Assembly: GCA_965202665.1 (NCBI GenBank)
Contig: OZ241841.1
Span: 832,001-896,000 of the forward strand
Origin: Candidatus Spongiisociaceae bacterium
Lineage (GTDB): Bacteria; Actinomycetota; Acidimicrobiia; Spongiisociales; Spongiisociaceae
DNA length: 64,000 bases
Reading direction: 5' to 3'
The notes below the pieces were generated by a model. That model saw only the letters and a program-made list of their open reading frames with translations. It had not been told where the DNA came from and ran no database searches. Shown here piece by piece: positions 40,210 through 50,800 of the stretch (position 1 is its first letter; every line of letters starts with the position of its first letter). Made by a program: the position numbers and the translations under genes.

Positions 40210-40282
40210 CTTAGCAACAAGTCATCGCACTCCTGCAAGCGAGTTGCGGTAAACCCGGGGGGAGAATGGAAGTTTTGTCCGA

Positions 40283-40747
40283 TTAGAGGGCGTTGGGGAA
40301 GCCTTGGCGGCGCCAGGCTTCGTACAACGCGACGGCGGCCGCGTTGGACAGGTTCAGGCTGCGGCGGTCGGGCAGCATCGGGATGCGCACCGCCGCCGTC
40401 ACCGACGGGTGGGACAGAATCTCCTCCGGCAAGCCGGAGCTTTCTTTGCCCAGCAACAGGGCGTCGCCCGGCCGGTAGTCCGCCTCCGTGTGCCAAACGC
40501 CGCCCGAACCGGAGAAGGCGAACACCCGGCGCGGAGACGCCGCCGCCAGGTAATCCTCGTAGCCGGCGTGCTCCGCCACCCGGGCGTACTCCCGGTAGTC
40601 CAATCCGGCCCGGGTCAGGCGGGCGTCGTCCATGGCGAACCCCAGCGGATGAATAAGGTGCAAGTCCGCCCCGGTGTTGGCGCACAAACGGATGATATTT
40701 CCCGTGTTGGGCGGAATCTCCGGCTCATGGAGAACCACCTGAAACAT
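40283..40747 (-). CDS. trmL: tRNA (cytidine/uridine-34-2'-O)-methyltransferase
   Basis: EPEIPPNTGNIIRLC, RAGLDY, RSLNLSN. Confidence 0.97.
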   Translation of the reverse strand: MFQVVLHEPEIPPNTGNIIRLCANTGADLHLIHPLGFAMDDARLTRAGLDYREYARVAEHAGYEDYLAAASPRRVFAFSGSGGVWHTEADYRPGDALLLGKESSGLPEEILSHPSVTAAVRIPMLPDRRSLNLSNAAAVALYEAWRRQGFPNAL

Positions 40748-40768
40748 CGTCCGCCCCGCCGCCCGGCC

Positions 40769-41428
40769 TCAAAACAGGCGCAGGCTGTTGGACGGGAGCC
40801 CCCGCAACTCGTCGTAGTCCACCGCTACGCATTTGATTCCCCGCGCCTCGGCCAGCACCACCGCCTGCGGAGCCAAAGACGCCGCCGCCAAAATTCCCCG
40901 CAACGGGTGCAGCCGGGGGTCGTTGCCCAGCCGGTCCAGATAGCGGGTTATCTGCTCCACCCCGTCCAGTTCCCCTCTCCGTTTCACCTCCACCGCCACC
41001 GTGTCCCCGTTGGAAGCCCGGCACAGCAAATCCACCGGGCCGATGTCGGTCGGATACTCCCGCCGGATAAGTGACAGCCCGTCTTCCAAAACCTGCGGAC
41101 GTTCGGCCAGCAGACGTTGCAGTTCGTCTTCCACCCCGTCCTTCTCCAACCCCGGATCCGCCCCGAAATCCTCCTGATGCTCAAAAAACACCTCGGCGAT
41201 GTTGATGGCCAACTCCTCCCCTTTGGAATTGGACACCACCCACCGCCCTTCGGATTCGGTCAACGTGTTTGGCGAGTTCATCCAGTTGAGAGGCTTGTAA
41301 GCCCCCCCGTCGGCGTGCACCGCCACGCATCCATCCGCCTTCACCATTATCAGGCGAACAGCCTCCGGCAGATGGGCGGAGAGGCGGCCCCGGTAGTCCA
41401 CCGAGCAACGGGCGATGAGCAGGCGCAT
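40769..41428 (-). CDS. nucS: Mismatch endonuclease NucS/EndoMS
   Basis: [39 protein letters not shown]. Confidence 0.97.
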   Translation of the reverse strand: MRLLIARCSVDYRGRLSAHLPEAVRLIMVKADGCVAVHADGGAYKPLNWMNSPNTLTESEGRWVVSNSKGEELAINIAEVFFEHQEDFGADPGLEKDGVEDELQRLLAERPQVLEDGLSLIRREYPTDIGPVDLLCRASNGDTVAVEVKRRGELDGVEQITRYLDRLGNDPRLHPLRGILAAASLAPQAVVLAEARGIKCVAVDYDELRGLPSNSLRLF

Positions 41429-41626
41429 AACCGCCAGGTTACCCACACGCCCCCCGCCGGCCCGGATTCGCCGCCCCCCGTTTTTCGACCAAATCCAAGA
41501 CGCCTTGTTTCGGCTTCCTACGAGAGACTGAAAACACCTGGTAGAAGGCCTATTTCGGGCCGTCGCGACGAGAATTGGGGAGGGCCGGCGTCGGGCGGGC
41601 GGTGAAAACAGGCGGGTTGCCTTAAA

Positions 41627-42898
41627 ATGGGACCGGTGAATACGTCCCATCAGGCAACGGGCCGACCGGCGGAGGGCGGGCGGGGGGCGGCGGTGTTCAT
41701 CGCCCCCTCGGCCGCCTACCGGATCGACGACTACGTGGACTCCGCCCGGCGGTTGGGTGTGGATTTGGTTATCGCCACCGAAGCCAACCATTCCCTGGCC
41801 GAAGACATGGGGGCTTCCCTGATTCCGATTGACTTCGACCACCCGGCCGAGGCCGCCGTCCGCATCGCCGCCGCCCGACCGGTGATAGAAGCGGTAACCG
41901 CCCTCGACGACCGGGGGGTGGTGATCGCGGCCGCGGCCGCCGAGTTGCGCGGCTTGCCCCACAACCCGGTGGAGGCGGTGCGGGCCTCCCGCAACAAGGC
42001 GGAAATGCGCCGTCGCCTGGCCGGAGCTGTCCCCGCCCCCGCCCATCGCACGTTGCTGCCCTCGGGCGGCTTGGCGGACGCGGCGCGGGAGGCGGTTCGG
42101 GAAATCGGGTTGCCGGCTGTTGTCAAACCGGCCGGGTTGAACGGCTCCGCCGGGGTGATCCGCGTCGACCGGATGGAGCAGGCGGGGCCGGTGGCGGAGC
42201 GGGTGGGAGCCATAGCCGCCGAACACGGTCAACCGGAAGCGGAAATACTGGTGGAAGAGTTCGCTCCGGGGCCGGAGGTGGCCGTGGAAGGGCTGGTCGC
42301 CGGAGGAGTGTGGGAAACCTTGGCCGTATTCGACAAACCCGACCCGCTGGACGGCCCGTTCTTCCCGGAAACCCACTATGTGACGCCCTCCCGCCACCCC
42401 CGGCCTTTAGTAGAAGAGGCGCAACGGATAGCCGCCCAAGCCGCCCAAGTTTTGGGCATCGTGCGGGGCCCGGTGCACGCCGAACTGCGCCTGGGCCCGC
42501 CACTGCGGCTGTTGGAACTGGCCGCCCGGCCCATCGGCGGGCTATGCGGACGGGCCCTGCGGTTCGGGCTGGCCGACACCCCGCTGGAAGATCTGATTAT
42601 CCGCAACGCCCTGGGGGAACGGGTGCGGGGGACCCGCTTGGCCCCCGGGGCGTCGGGGGCGACGATGATTACCGTCCCCCGCCCGGGGGTGTTCGCCGGA
42701 ATAGACGGGACGGAGCAAGCCCGGGAGCTGGAGGACATCACCGGAGTGGAAGTGAGCTTGATAACGGGGCGGGAAGTCCGCCCGTTGCCGGAAGAGTCCG
42801 TTTACCTGGGGTTTGTGTTCGCCCGGTCCGCCCGCCCCGATCGGGTGGAAGCTGCCCTCCGCCAAGCCACCCGGCTGCTTCGCGTAAAAATGGAGTGA
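41627..42898 (+). CDS. ATP-grasp domain protein
   Basis: [44 protein letters not shown]. Confidence 0.9.
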   Translation: MGPVNTSHQATGRPAEGGRGAAVFIAPSAAYRIDDYVDSARRLGVDLVIATEANHSLAEDMGASLIPIDFDHPAEAAVRIAAARPVIEAVTALDDRGVVIAAAAAELRGLPHNPVEAVRASRNKAEMRRRLAGAVPAPAHRTLLPSGGLADAAREAVREIGLPAVVKPAGLNGSAGVIRVDRMEQAGPVAERVGAIAAEHGQPEAEILVEEFAPGPEVAVEGLVAGGVWETLAVFDKPDPLDGPFFPETHYVTPSRHPRPLVEEAQRIAAQAAQVLGIVRGPVHAELRLGPPLRLLELAARPIGGLCGRALRFGLADTPLEDLIIRNALGERVRGTRLAPGASGATMITVPRPGVFAGIDGTEQARELEDITGVEVSLITGREVRPLPEESVYLGFVFARSARPDRVEAALRQATRLLRVKME

Positions 42899-42993
42899 AA
42901 GCCGGCGGGCGGCGGCCGGTTCAGGCTCAAAGTAAGAAACTGACGACGATTAATATGGGGGCGGCGGAGGGGAACGACCGAAGGGACAAGATC

Positions 42994-44457
42994 ATGCGAC
43001 GCTTTATTTTGCCGGCGATTTTGATCTTGGCGGGCGCGGCCTGCGTCAGCCGGAGCGAAGTGGTTTTTGAAGGCGAGATTCCGACTTCCGCCGCCCCCGC
43101 CGCGCCGGAATCGGCGGTCGCTCCCGACTCTGCCGCCCCGACGACGGAAACCGCCCCGCCCTCCAACCCCGCCTCCGGGGAAACCGGCCCCGACCGCCCC
43201 ACTGAAAATTCGGCCGCCCCCGATGCCCCCGCCCCCGCACCGGCACCGGTCGCCCCCCTAACGTTGTCCGACTCCCCGCTGGAAGCCATTCCCGGCCGGA
43301 TCGTGGTCAACGGACCGCAAGTGGATTCGGTGTACGTGCTGGGACCCGACCCGGACCCGCTCGTCCTCTATCAGGAGCCGGGCGGGTTCGCCGCCCAACC
43401 CACCTGGTCTCCGGATGGGGGGAGGGTGGCCTGGTCGCAAAACACCGGGACGGTCCCGTCGGTGGTGGTGCGTTCGCTGGCGGACGACGGGGAGAATAAA
43501 TATCCCACCCCTTTCGCCCCCTTCTACATCCAGTGGCGCCCGGATGGGAGGGCTTTGGCTTTGCTGGGCCCCACCCTGGGGGGAACCGGACTGGCGGTGT
43601 TGGATCTTGACCGAGGGGAGGTGGCCTTCAAAAACTCGGCCCTTTCCTTCTATCTGCAATGGTCGCCCCGGGACGAAGACCGGATGATCACCCACTTGGA
43701 TTCGGCCCGGCTGGAACTGCTGCGTCCGGACGGCAACGACGTCACCCCCCTGTCCGCCACCCCCGGCGGTTTTCTGTCGGCGGTGTGGACGGCGGACGGG
43801 CGTTCGGTGGCCTACGTCAAGTCGCCCGATCAGACCGGCCCCGGCCCCCCCTACCAACTGGCCCTGCTGGATGTGGAATCGGGGAATGCGGCGGCGCTGG
43901 CCGAAGGGAACGGCTTCTTCGATTTTGATTTCTCCCCGGATGGGCGGCGGATGGCTTATTCGGTGCGAACCCTGGAGGGGGAAACTCAAATGTTTCTACT
44001 GGATTTGGAAAACGGCGGGTCGGAGAAAGTGGCGGCCCCGGGGGTGTTCGCCTGGCAGTGGAGTCCGGACAGCCGCAAAATCCTGTTGCTGGGCTTGGAG
44101 GGGGGCCTGGTTTCCCTGCAGGTTTATCAGAAAGGAAAAATCACCTCCTATCAGAGCATCGTCCCCACTGACAATTTCCTGCGCAACTACCTGCTGTTCT
44201 GGGGGCAGTACCGGCTCAGCCTGGACTTGTGGGCCCCGGACAGTTCCGCTTTCGTGTTCACCGCCGCCGACCGGGGCCAGGATCGGGTTTTTCTGCAACG
44301 TTTGGACGATGAGTTCCCGGTGTTGCTCGCCCCCGGTTCCATGGCCGCCTTCTCCCCCGCCGACCCGGCCTTCCTTCCCCCGGCCAACGGCTCGGAGGGG
44401 GGCGGCCAAGCCGACGAAGCAGCGGGGGACGGCGGGGCGAACGGGGCGAACCTCTAG
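42994..44457 (+). CDS. Lipoprotein with TolB/PD40-like beta-propeller
   Basis: Lipobox GAAC, Pro/Ala linker, repeated WSPDG/WRPDG/FSPDG. Confidence 0.85.
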   Translation: MRRFILPAILILAGAACVSRSEVVFEGEIPTSAAPAAPESAVAPDSAAPTTETAPPSNPASGETGPDRPTENSAAPDAPAPAPAPVAPLTLSDSPLEAIPGRIVVNGPQVDSVYVLGPDPDPLVLYQEPGGFAAQPTWSPDGGRVAWSQNTGTVPSVVVRSLADDGENKYPTPFAPFYIQWRPDGRALALLGPTLGGTGLAVLDLDRGEVAFKNSALSFYLQWSPRDEDRMITHLDSARLELLRPDGNDVTPLSATPGGFLSAVWTADGRSVAYVKSPDQTGPGPPYQLALLDVESGNAAALAEGNGFFDFDFSPDGRRMAYSVRTLEGETQMFLLDLENGGSEKVAAPGVFAWQWSPDSRKILLLGLEGGLVSLQVYQKGKITSYQSIVPTDNFLRNYLLFWGQYRLSLDLWAPDSSAFVFTAADRGQDRVFLQRLDDEFPVLLAPGSMAAFSPADPAFLPPANGSEGGGQADEAAGDGGANGANL

Positions 44458-44466
44458 GGGCATCGG

Positions 44467-45120
44467 GTGCGGGCCTTCGTCTTCTGCGGGGGGGAACCCG
44501 TTCCGGCGGAACGTTGGGCGGGGCTGGCCAAACCCGACTTGGCGGTGGCCGCCGACTCGGGAGCGGAGACGGCTGTCGGGGCCGGGTGGAAATTGGATGC
44601 GTTGGTGGGCGACTTGGATTCCATCTCCGCCTCCGTCTTGGAACAGGTGCGGGAATCCGGGGCTGTGTTGGAAACCCATCCGGCGGACAAGGACTCCACC
44701 GACTTGGCTTTGGCCCTGCGGTGGGCGGCGCAGCGGGGAGCGGAGGCGATAACGGTGATCGGGGGCGGCGGGGGGCGGATGGATCACCTGCTGGGAAACG
44801 CGGCGGTCATCTGCGACCCGGCTTGGGCCGGGGTGGAAATACGCTGGATCACCGCCCGGGAAACCGCCTACCCGGTGCATGGGGAACTAAAACTGACCGC
44901 GGAACAAACCCCGGAGGGGACGACGGTGAGCGTGCTGGCGGTGGGCGGCGCCGCGACAGGGGTTACATTGCGCGGACTGCGCTGGCCGTTGCGATCCGCC
45001 CGGCTGGAACCTTGGTCGTCGCTGGGAATCAGCAACGCCTCCCGGGGCGGGCCGGTGACGGTGCGGGTGGAAAGCGGGACGGCGCTGACGGTGGTCAACC
45101 GCCCGTATCAAGCGGGGTAG
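44467..45120 (+). CDS. thiN: Thiamine pyrophosphokinase
   Basis: AADSG, GDLDS, DKDSTD, GGRMDHLLGN, GLRWPL, GISN. Confidence 0.95.
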   Translation: MRAFVFCGGEPVPAERWAGLAKPDLAVAADSGAETAVGAGWKLDALVGDLDSISASVLEQVRESGAVLETHPADKDSTDLALALRWAAQRGAEAITVIGGGGGRMDHLLGNAAVICDPAWAGVEIRWITARETAYPVHGELKLTAEQTPEGTTVSVLAVGGAATGVTLRGLRWPLRSARLEPWSSLGISNASRGGPVTVRVESGTALTVVNRPYQAG

Positions 45121-46082
45121 ACCCCGGGGTTGGCGCAACGGGGCATGCGGCGTCCGGTGAGGGCCGCCGCCAAGTTTTGGGCGGCCATCTCCGCCATGCG
45201 GGTGCGGGTGCGCACCGTGGCGCTGCCGATGTGGGGAACGATCAGGCAGTTGGGGGCCGCTACCAGCGGATGGTCGGCGGGGATGGGCTCCGGGTCGGTC
45301 ACATCCAAGCCGGCGGCGGCGATGGTCCCGTCCGCCAAAGCCTCCGCCAAAGCTTCGGCGTCCACCACCGGGCCGCGGGAGGCGTTGACCAAGGTGGCGG
45401 TCGGCTTCATCCGGCGCAGGGCGTCGCGGTCGATCAGATGCCGGGTGTCGGCGGTCAACCCGACCAGGACCACAACATGATCCGCCTCCCCGCACAGGTC
45501 CGGCAACGAGCGGAACTCCGCTCCCAGCCGGGCCTCCGCCTCCGCATCCCGGCGGCGGCGGTTGTAAATTATCCGCATCCCGAACCCGGCCGCCCGCCGG
45601 GCCACCGCCTGCCCGATCCGTCCCAACCCGATTATTCCCAAGGTGGAACCGTGCAGGTCGTAACCCAGCATTCCCCGCGGGTCCCATTCCCCCCACTCCC
45701 CCGCCGCCACCTGCGCCATCCCCTCTTTGAAGCGGCGGGCGGCCGCGATCAGCAAACCGAAAGCTACGTCGGCGGTGGTTTCGGTCAGCACATCCGGGGT
45801 GTGGCCCACCGGAATGGCCCGTTCCGAGCAGGCGGCCAAGTCAATGTTGTCCACCCCCACCGCCATCTGGCTGACCGCCCGCAACCGGGGGGCGGCCTCC
45901 AACAGTTCCCGGTCAATCCGGTCGGTGAGCATCACCAGCAAACCCTCCGCCTCACCGGCCCGGGCCAGCAACTCCCCCCGGGGAATGGGGCGATCCTCCG
46001 GCCATATCCACACCGGCCCCACCGGCTCCAGCATCTCCTCCACCACCCGGAAAGTCCGGCGGGTAACCGCCACCCGCGTCAC
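45108..46082 (-). CDS. D-isomer 2-hydroxyacid dehydrogenase (glyoxylate/hydroxypyruvate reductase)
   Basis: TPDVLTETTAD, GLGRIG, NASRGPVV, GLDVTDPEP, PHIGSAT. Confidence 0.95.
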   Translation of the reverse strand: MTRVAVTRRTFRVVEEMLEPVGPVWIWPEDRPIPRGELLARAGEAEGLLVMLTDRIDRELLEAAPRLRAVSQMAVGVDNIDLAACSERAIPVGHTPDVLTETTADVAFGLLIAAARRFKEGMAQVAAGEWGEWDPRGMLGYDLHGSTLGIIGLGRIGQAVARRAAGFGMRIIYNRRRRDAEAEARLGAEFRSLPDLCGEADHVVVLVGLTADTRHLIDRDALRRMKPTATLVNASRGPVVDAEALAEALADGTIAAAGLDVTDPEPIPADHPLVAAPNCLIVPHIGSATVRTRTRMAEMAAQNLAAALTGRRMPRCANPGVYPA

Positions 46083-47806
46083 AGTACTTGCGCCCGCTGC
46101 AAAGCCTCCCCCACCTCCCCCGCCCCCGAATAGGTAACCGTCAACTCATCCTGGGCCCGCGTCATCCCCACGTACAGCAACGATTTGACACCATGAATAT
46201 CATCCTCCCCACCGGGGACCCAAACCAGATTGGCCCCGCAGATAAACACCTTCCCGAACTCCAACCCTTTGAACTGGTACAGGTTGGCGATTCGCACATT
46301 GCCTTTTGCGTTGATCACATTCTCCTTGCCACCACTAAATATATGAGCAAACGAAATATTCCGAACGGTAAAGGCTCGCTTCAACTCAGATACCATACTG
46401 CTGTTTCCAGAAATAACTGCTACATCGTCAGGTGATGCTCCTCTTTCCAGATGTTTGGAAACCCGTTCAGCAACTTCGGCGGCTTCCCTAGTAGTATCCG
46501 CGCAAGCTACCACTCTAGGAGGCAAACCAGTGCGACGGGACGCCTCCGGCGGAACCACCGCTGTCTCATCATCCGGATCAAACTTGCCATCCGTCCAGTC
46601 CGAGGAACCGGTTAGGAAGTTCATGGCGAACTCCAGTATCTCCCGGGTGTTGCGGTAGTTGACCGTCATAATGCTGGAACGTCCGCGGGCGGTTAACTCC
46701 GGCGGATTCCAAAGTGTCCGGCGACGGTATATGTCCTGGGCGCTGTCATAGGCCACCACGAAATCCTTCTCTTCCGGATGTCCCGGCCTTACCATCGCGT
46801 AAGCGAGGTCAAGATGGGATTTCCGCAAGTCCTGGGCTTCATCCACCAAAACCAGGTGATACAGATCATCCGCTGGCCAATGGGAAACCATCTTTAGCGC
46901 CTCCTGTCGCAACCTTTCCCAACCATCCTCCGTTTTGAGATTGAACTTCTTTCCAGAGTGACCCGCAATTCCTTTGGCCAGCGAATCCACCGTTTGAACG
47001 GTGATATTCTTATGCTCCCTCGCCAACTCTTGCAAGGCCAGAGACAACGCTCTGTTGAAGCAGAGTAGCAACACCCGATACTGGGGAAAATGGCGGGCTA
47101 TGAAACGGGCGCGGTGCAGGAGCACCAAGGTCTTGCCGCTCCCCGCCACCCCTCTGATACGCCGGTAACCGGGACCTAAATATTCGGCCAGTCTTTCCTG
47201 TTGCCGGTCCATAACCGCAAAAACGTCTTCTTCGTCGCCGGGAGGACTGAAAACCAGCTGGTTGTCCCGAACCGGCTTTTTGATAACTATTTTCGGATTG
47301 ACCGCCGCCCGGGCCGCTTTTTCCTGCTCCTCGGTCAACGGCCCGCCCTGGTTGGACAGAATGCGGCCAATGGCTCCCCGAAAGGCGGACGAAGCCAGAT
47401 CTTCGGCGAACAGAACCGTCTCGCCCGCTTCGGCGAGTTCGACGCTTAACGATCCCCCTCGTTTCGTATCAGGCAAAGCCAACACGTTCTTGACCGGCAA
47501 GGAAGCAATCGGCTCCGCCTGAGCCCCCCGTCCCAGGTTTTTCAGCTCTTCTGCAACCTGCTGGCGAACTTCCTTAGCTTCGGGGGTGAACTTGCGACGC
47601 CTGGCCTGGCGGGAACGTTCCGGAGGTGCTTCGATCACCAGAATTCCGGCCGCTGGGTCTAGGAGGACCAAAAACTTATGTTCTTCTTCTTTCAGCCAGA
47701 CGGTCACCTCCTCCGGCAGGTTATCCCGAGCGGCCCGGGCTATGCTTTGCAAACGACGAGAGACGTTGTTGCGGCTAGGCAGATTCTCCGGCAACAAGAA
47801 GGCCAT
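46079..47806 (-). CDS. SF1 UvrD-like helicase with degenerate NERD-like N-terminus
   Basis: GVAGSGKT, LVDEAQD, YDSAQDIY, NYRNT, FKGLEF, LYVGMTRA; N-terminal FLVLLDPAAGILVIE. Confidence 0.85.
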   Translation of the reverse strand: MAFLLPENLPSRNNVSRRLQSIARAARDNLPEEVTVWLKEEEHKFLVLLDPAAGILVIEAPPERSRQARRRKFTPEAKEVRQQVAEELKNLGRGAQAEPIASLPVKNVLALPDTKRGGSLSVELAEAGETVLFAEDLASSAFRGAIGRILSNQGGPLTEEQEKAARAAVNPKIVIKKPVRDNQLVFSPPGDEEDVFAVMDRQQERLAEYLGPGYRRIRGVAGSGKTLVLLHRARFIARHFPQYRVLLLCFNRALSLALQELAREHKNITVQTVDSLAKGIAGHSGKKFNLKTEDGWERLRQEALKMVSHWPADDLYHLVLVDEAQDLRKSHLDLAYAMVRPGHPEEKDFVVAYDSAQDIYRRRTLWNPPELTARGRSSIMTVNYRNTREILEFAMNFLTGSSDWTDGKFDPDDETAVVPPEASRRTGLPPRVVACADTTREAAEVAERVSKHLERGASPDDVAVISGNSSMVSELKRAFTVRNISFAHIFSGGKENVINAKGNVRIANLYQFKGLEFGKVFICGANLVWVPGGEDDIHGVKSLLYVGMTRAQDELTVTYSGAGEVGEALQRAQVL

Positions 47807-47818
47807 AATCCGTCAACT

Positions 47819-50800
47819 CTAGATAAGCGCCCGGCCCGTCGCCGTCAGAACCAAGGTTTTGTATTCGGTTCCATTCCACTCCCGGGGCTCTTCATCCACC
47901 AGTTCCTCCTCTATCATCCCCTCGAAAGTCCTAGCAACACCCTCCGCGCCTAGGAGGCGCAATCGGCCGCGGAGCGGGTGCGCCTGCAGTTCATTGGGCA
48001 ACAGTTTCGCCCCCCGCTCACCGGACAAGCAATTTTTAAGATTACGGTCGGAAAAATTGCGACCGTCCGCCCAATCCAACAAATACAGTATCACCCGCCG
48101 CGGCTCGATGGACTCCACCAAGCGCTCCTTGGTGACCTCCGTCTTGGCCCAAGGGCGGGGCAGATCAGGGGTGCAAGCATCGCATCCGCCGCAACGACCC
48201 GAGCCGTCGCTGCCAAAATATTCAAGGAGCGAAGCCCGCAGGCAGGATATTTTCTCCCGGGCGAACTTGCGCGCTTGCAACGCCTTCTGTTCCACGATTT
48301 CCTTACGCTCATTGCTCAGCTGGTCCGCTTGCGACCAATCCGGTTCCGCATCCAACAACCTTTCCACCGTCCACCCGTATTTCCATGTTGGGAAAGCGAC
48401 GATGTTGCGCCGGGCTAACTCGAACAGGTCCGACTCCGCCTGCGGGATAGAGCAACCCAACCTCTCCGCCCAGATGGGGCTGTATCTGCCCCCCTCCGAC
48501 TCAACTAGTTTCAGTATCCGCCCGGCTCTTTCCGCCAACTCCGGTTTTTCTTCCTGTAGCTCCTCCACCTTGTTCCGAGAACGGGCGTCGGCGATCACCC
48601 GGCCCTCTAACACAAAGTCCTGCTCTCGGCGCACCGCTCCTATTTTCCCCAAATAATGCAGGGCCAGTTGCGCCGCCTCTTTCCGGGAACGGCCTTTTTC
48701 ATCTCGTAATAAGTCGTCCAAGTCCAAATGATTGCTCCCCAAATCCAGCCTCGCCCACGCCTTTTTCAAATCCTCGCGAGAGGGTACCGCATTATCGACG
48801 AAAAACTGGTGTATGCGGCAGTCGCGCGGGGTGGTTAGCAACACGGCGGTTCCCTTTTCCAATTCGCGGGCCGCCCGGCCTGTTTCCTGCACGTATTCTT
48901 CAATGGAGGCTGGCATCTCCAAGTGGACGATGAGGGCTATGTTCGGCTTGTCAATACCCATGCCGAAGGCTTTGGTGGCGACCACCACGTCGATCTCATC
49001 GTGGATGAACGCATCCTCCACATAGTTCCTCTCCTCACCGGTCATTCCGCCGTGATAAGCGCGCGCCGAAACGCCTGCGGCCCGCAACATGGCCCCCAAA
49101 TTGGCCGCATCCGCCTGCCTGGGAACATACACGATGGCGCTCTGGTCGCGGAAGCAATCCACGATCTTCGCCACCTTCACCACTCGGTCGTCAAAATCTT
49201 TACATTTTTCCCGGTAATACCGAATTTCGGGACGGTCCGGGAGTTGAACAATCTGCCGGGCCGTATCGTCCAAGCCCAGCAAATCCCGGGTTTCCCCGAT
49301 AGTCCGGCCGGTGGCGGTGGCGGTGACCGCCAAAGTGGGAACCCGCTTCCCGCAGATTTCCTCCAATGCTTTCGGGATCAACGAGTATTCGGGGCGGAAA
49401 GCATGACCCCATTGGGAGATGCAGTGGGCTTCGTCCACCGCCACCCGGGACACTTCCACCTTGGCCAAGCGACTGCGGAAATTGGGTGACCAGAGCCGTT
49501 CCGGGCTCACATACAGCAGTTTGTACGACCCCCGGGCCGCCTCCTCTAAAATATCGTCCTGTTCGCTTTGCGGCACCCCGCTGTAAATACCAGCCGCCGC
49601 GGTTACCCCCCGGGCCCGCAGATTGTGAATCTGGTTGCGCATCAGGGCGATGAGGGGTGAAATCACCAGCGTCACCCCGGGGGACAACAGGGCGGGCAAC
49701 TGATAGGTAAGGGACTTGCCGGAACCGGTGGGCAACACCGCCACCGCATCCCTGCCCGTCATAAACGGGATCATCGTTTCCAGTTGGCCGTCGCGCCACT
49801 GCTCATGACCGATCAACCCCCGGGCTTCCTCCAACAGGTTCACGATTAACTTCTCGTCCGGCTCCTCCCCGCTGGCAACCCTCCGATCCAACCCCAACTG
49901 CAACACCTGGTTTTCCCAAGGGTCGGCGCTGGTTATGCTACTTATTTTCTCCCTGAGTTCATCGTCGAACTCAAAACCCAAATGTTCGGCTATCTTCTGA
50001 TAGGCCTCCTCCCGGGACGAGACTTCCTTTACGGCGGGCGGCCCGACCAGGCTTTTCAGCAACAAATGCTGATAGGAACCGGGACGGCACAACCGGTTGT
50101 CCAACACCGCCGAAACTCCGATATCGGTTTCGGTTCTGATCAGCCTCCCCACTCCCTGGGCGAAGCGCAACCCCGCCCGGGGAACCATATAATGGGTGAA
50201 GGGGTCTTTGTCTTTTAGTTCCATCTGTTCCATGCGGGCCCCGGCCACCGGATCGGCGGGCGAATCGAACGGCACCTTCTCGATGAGCAGGAGGCTCAGC
50301 GACTCACCGGGAATGTCCACCCCCTCCCAAAAAGAGCGGACGCCCAACAGGCAGGCTGGGATTTGGTTGCGCATTTCTTCCATTAGCTGCGCGGCGGGGC
50401 CTTCGCCTTGCGCCAACAGGGGAATCCCCAACGCCTGCAAAGGCGGGCGGGCGTGGTCCCGTACGCTTTCCAAACGGGCGCGGGCGGTAAACAAGGCCAT
50501 GGACCGCCCGCCGGTCAGGGTGAACAGACGGGGTATTTCCTCCGCTTCCGCCTGTTCGAATAGCTCCAACAGGGACCCCCGGGGGGCGGGCAGATAATCG
50601 GTCAGCAACAGCAGGTGATTCTCCGGCAGTTGCTCAAAGGGCGTGGGCACCACCTCGCGGCGGGCCGTCCCCAAACCTAAAACGTCGAGCAGGTAACTGA
50701 AATCGCCTCCGACTTGGAGGGTGGCCGAAGTCAGGCAAACCGAATCAAGTTTCTCCCACAACTCTCCCAACTGACCGGAAATGGAAATGGGCGCCCGGCG

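Noticed and set aside
41429-42397. 542-aa extended NucS
   Set aside because: Extension is antisense to the ATP-grasp gene; canonical NucS starts at 41428
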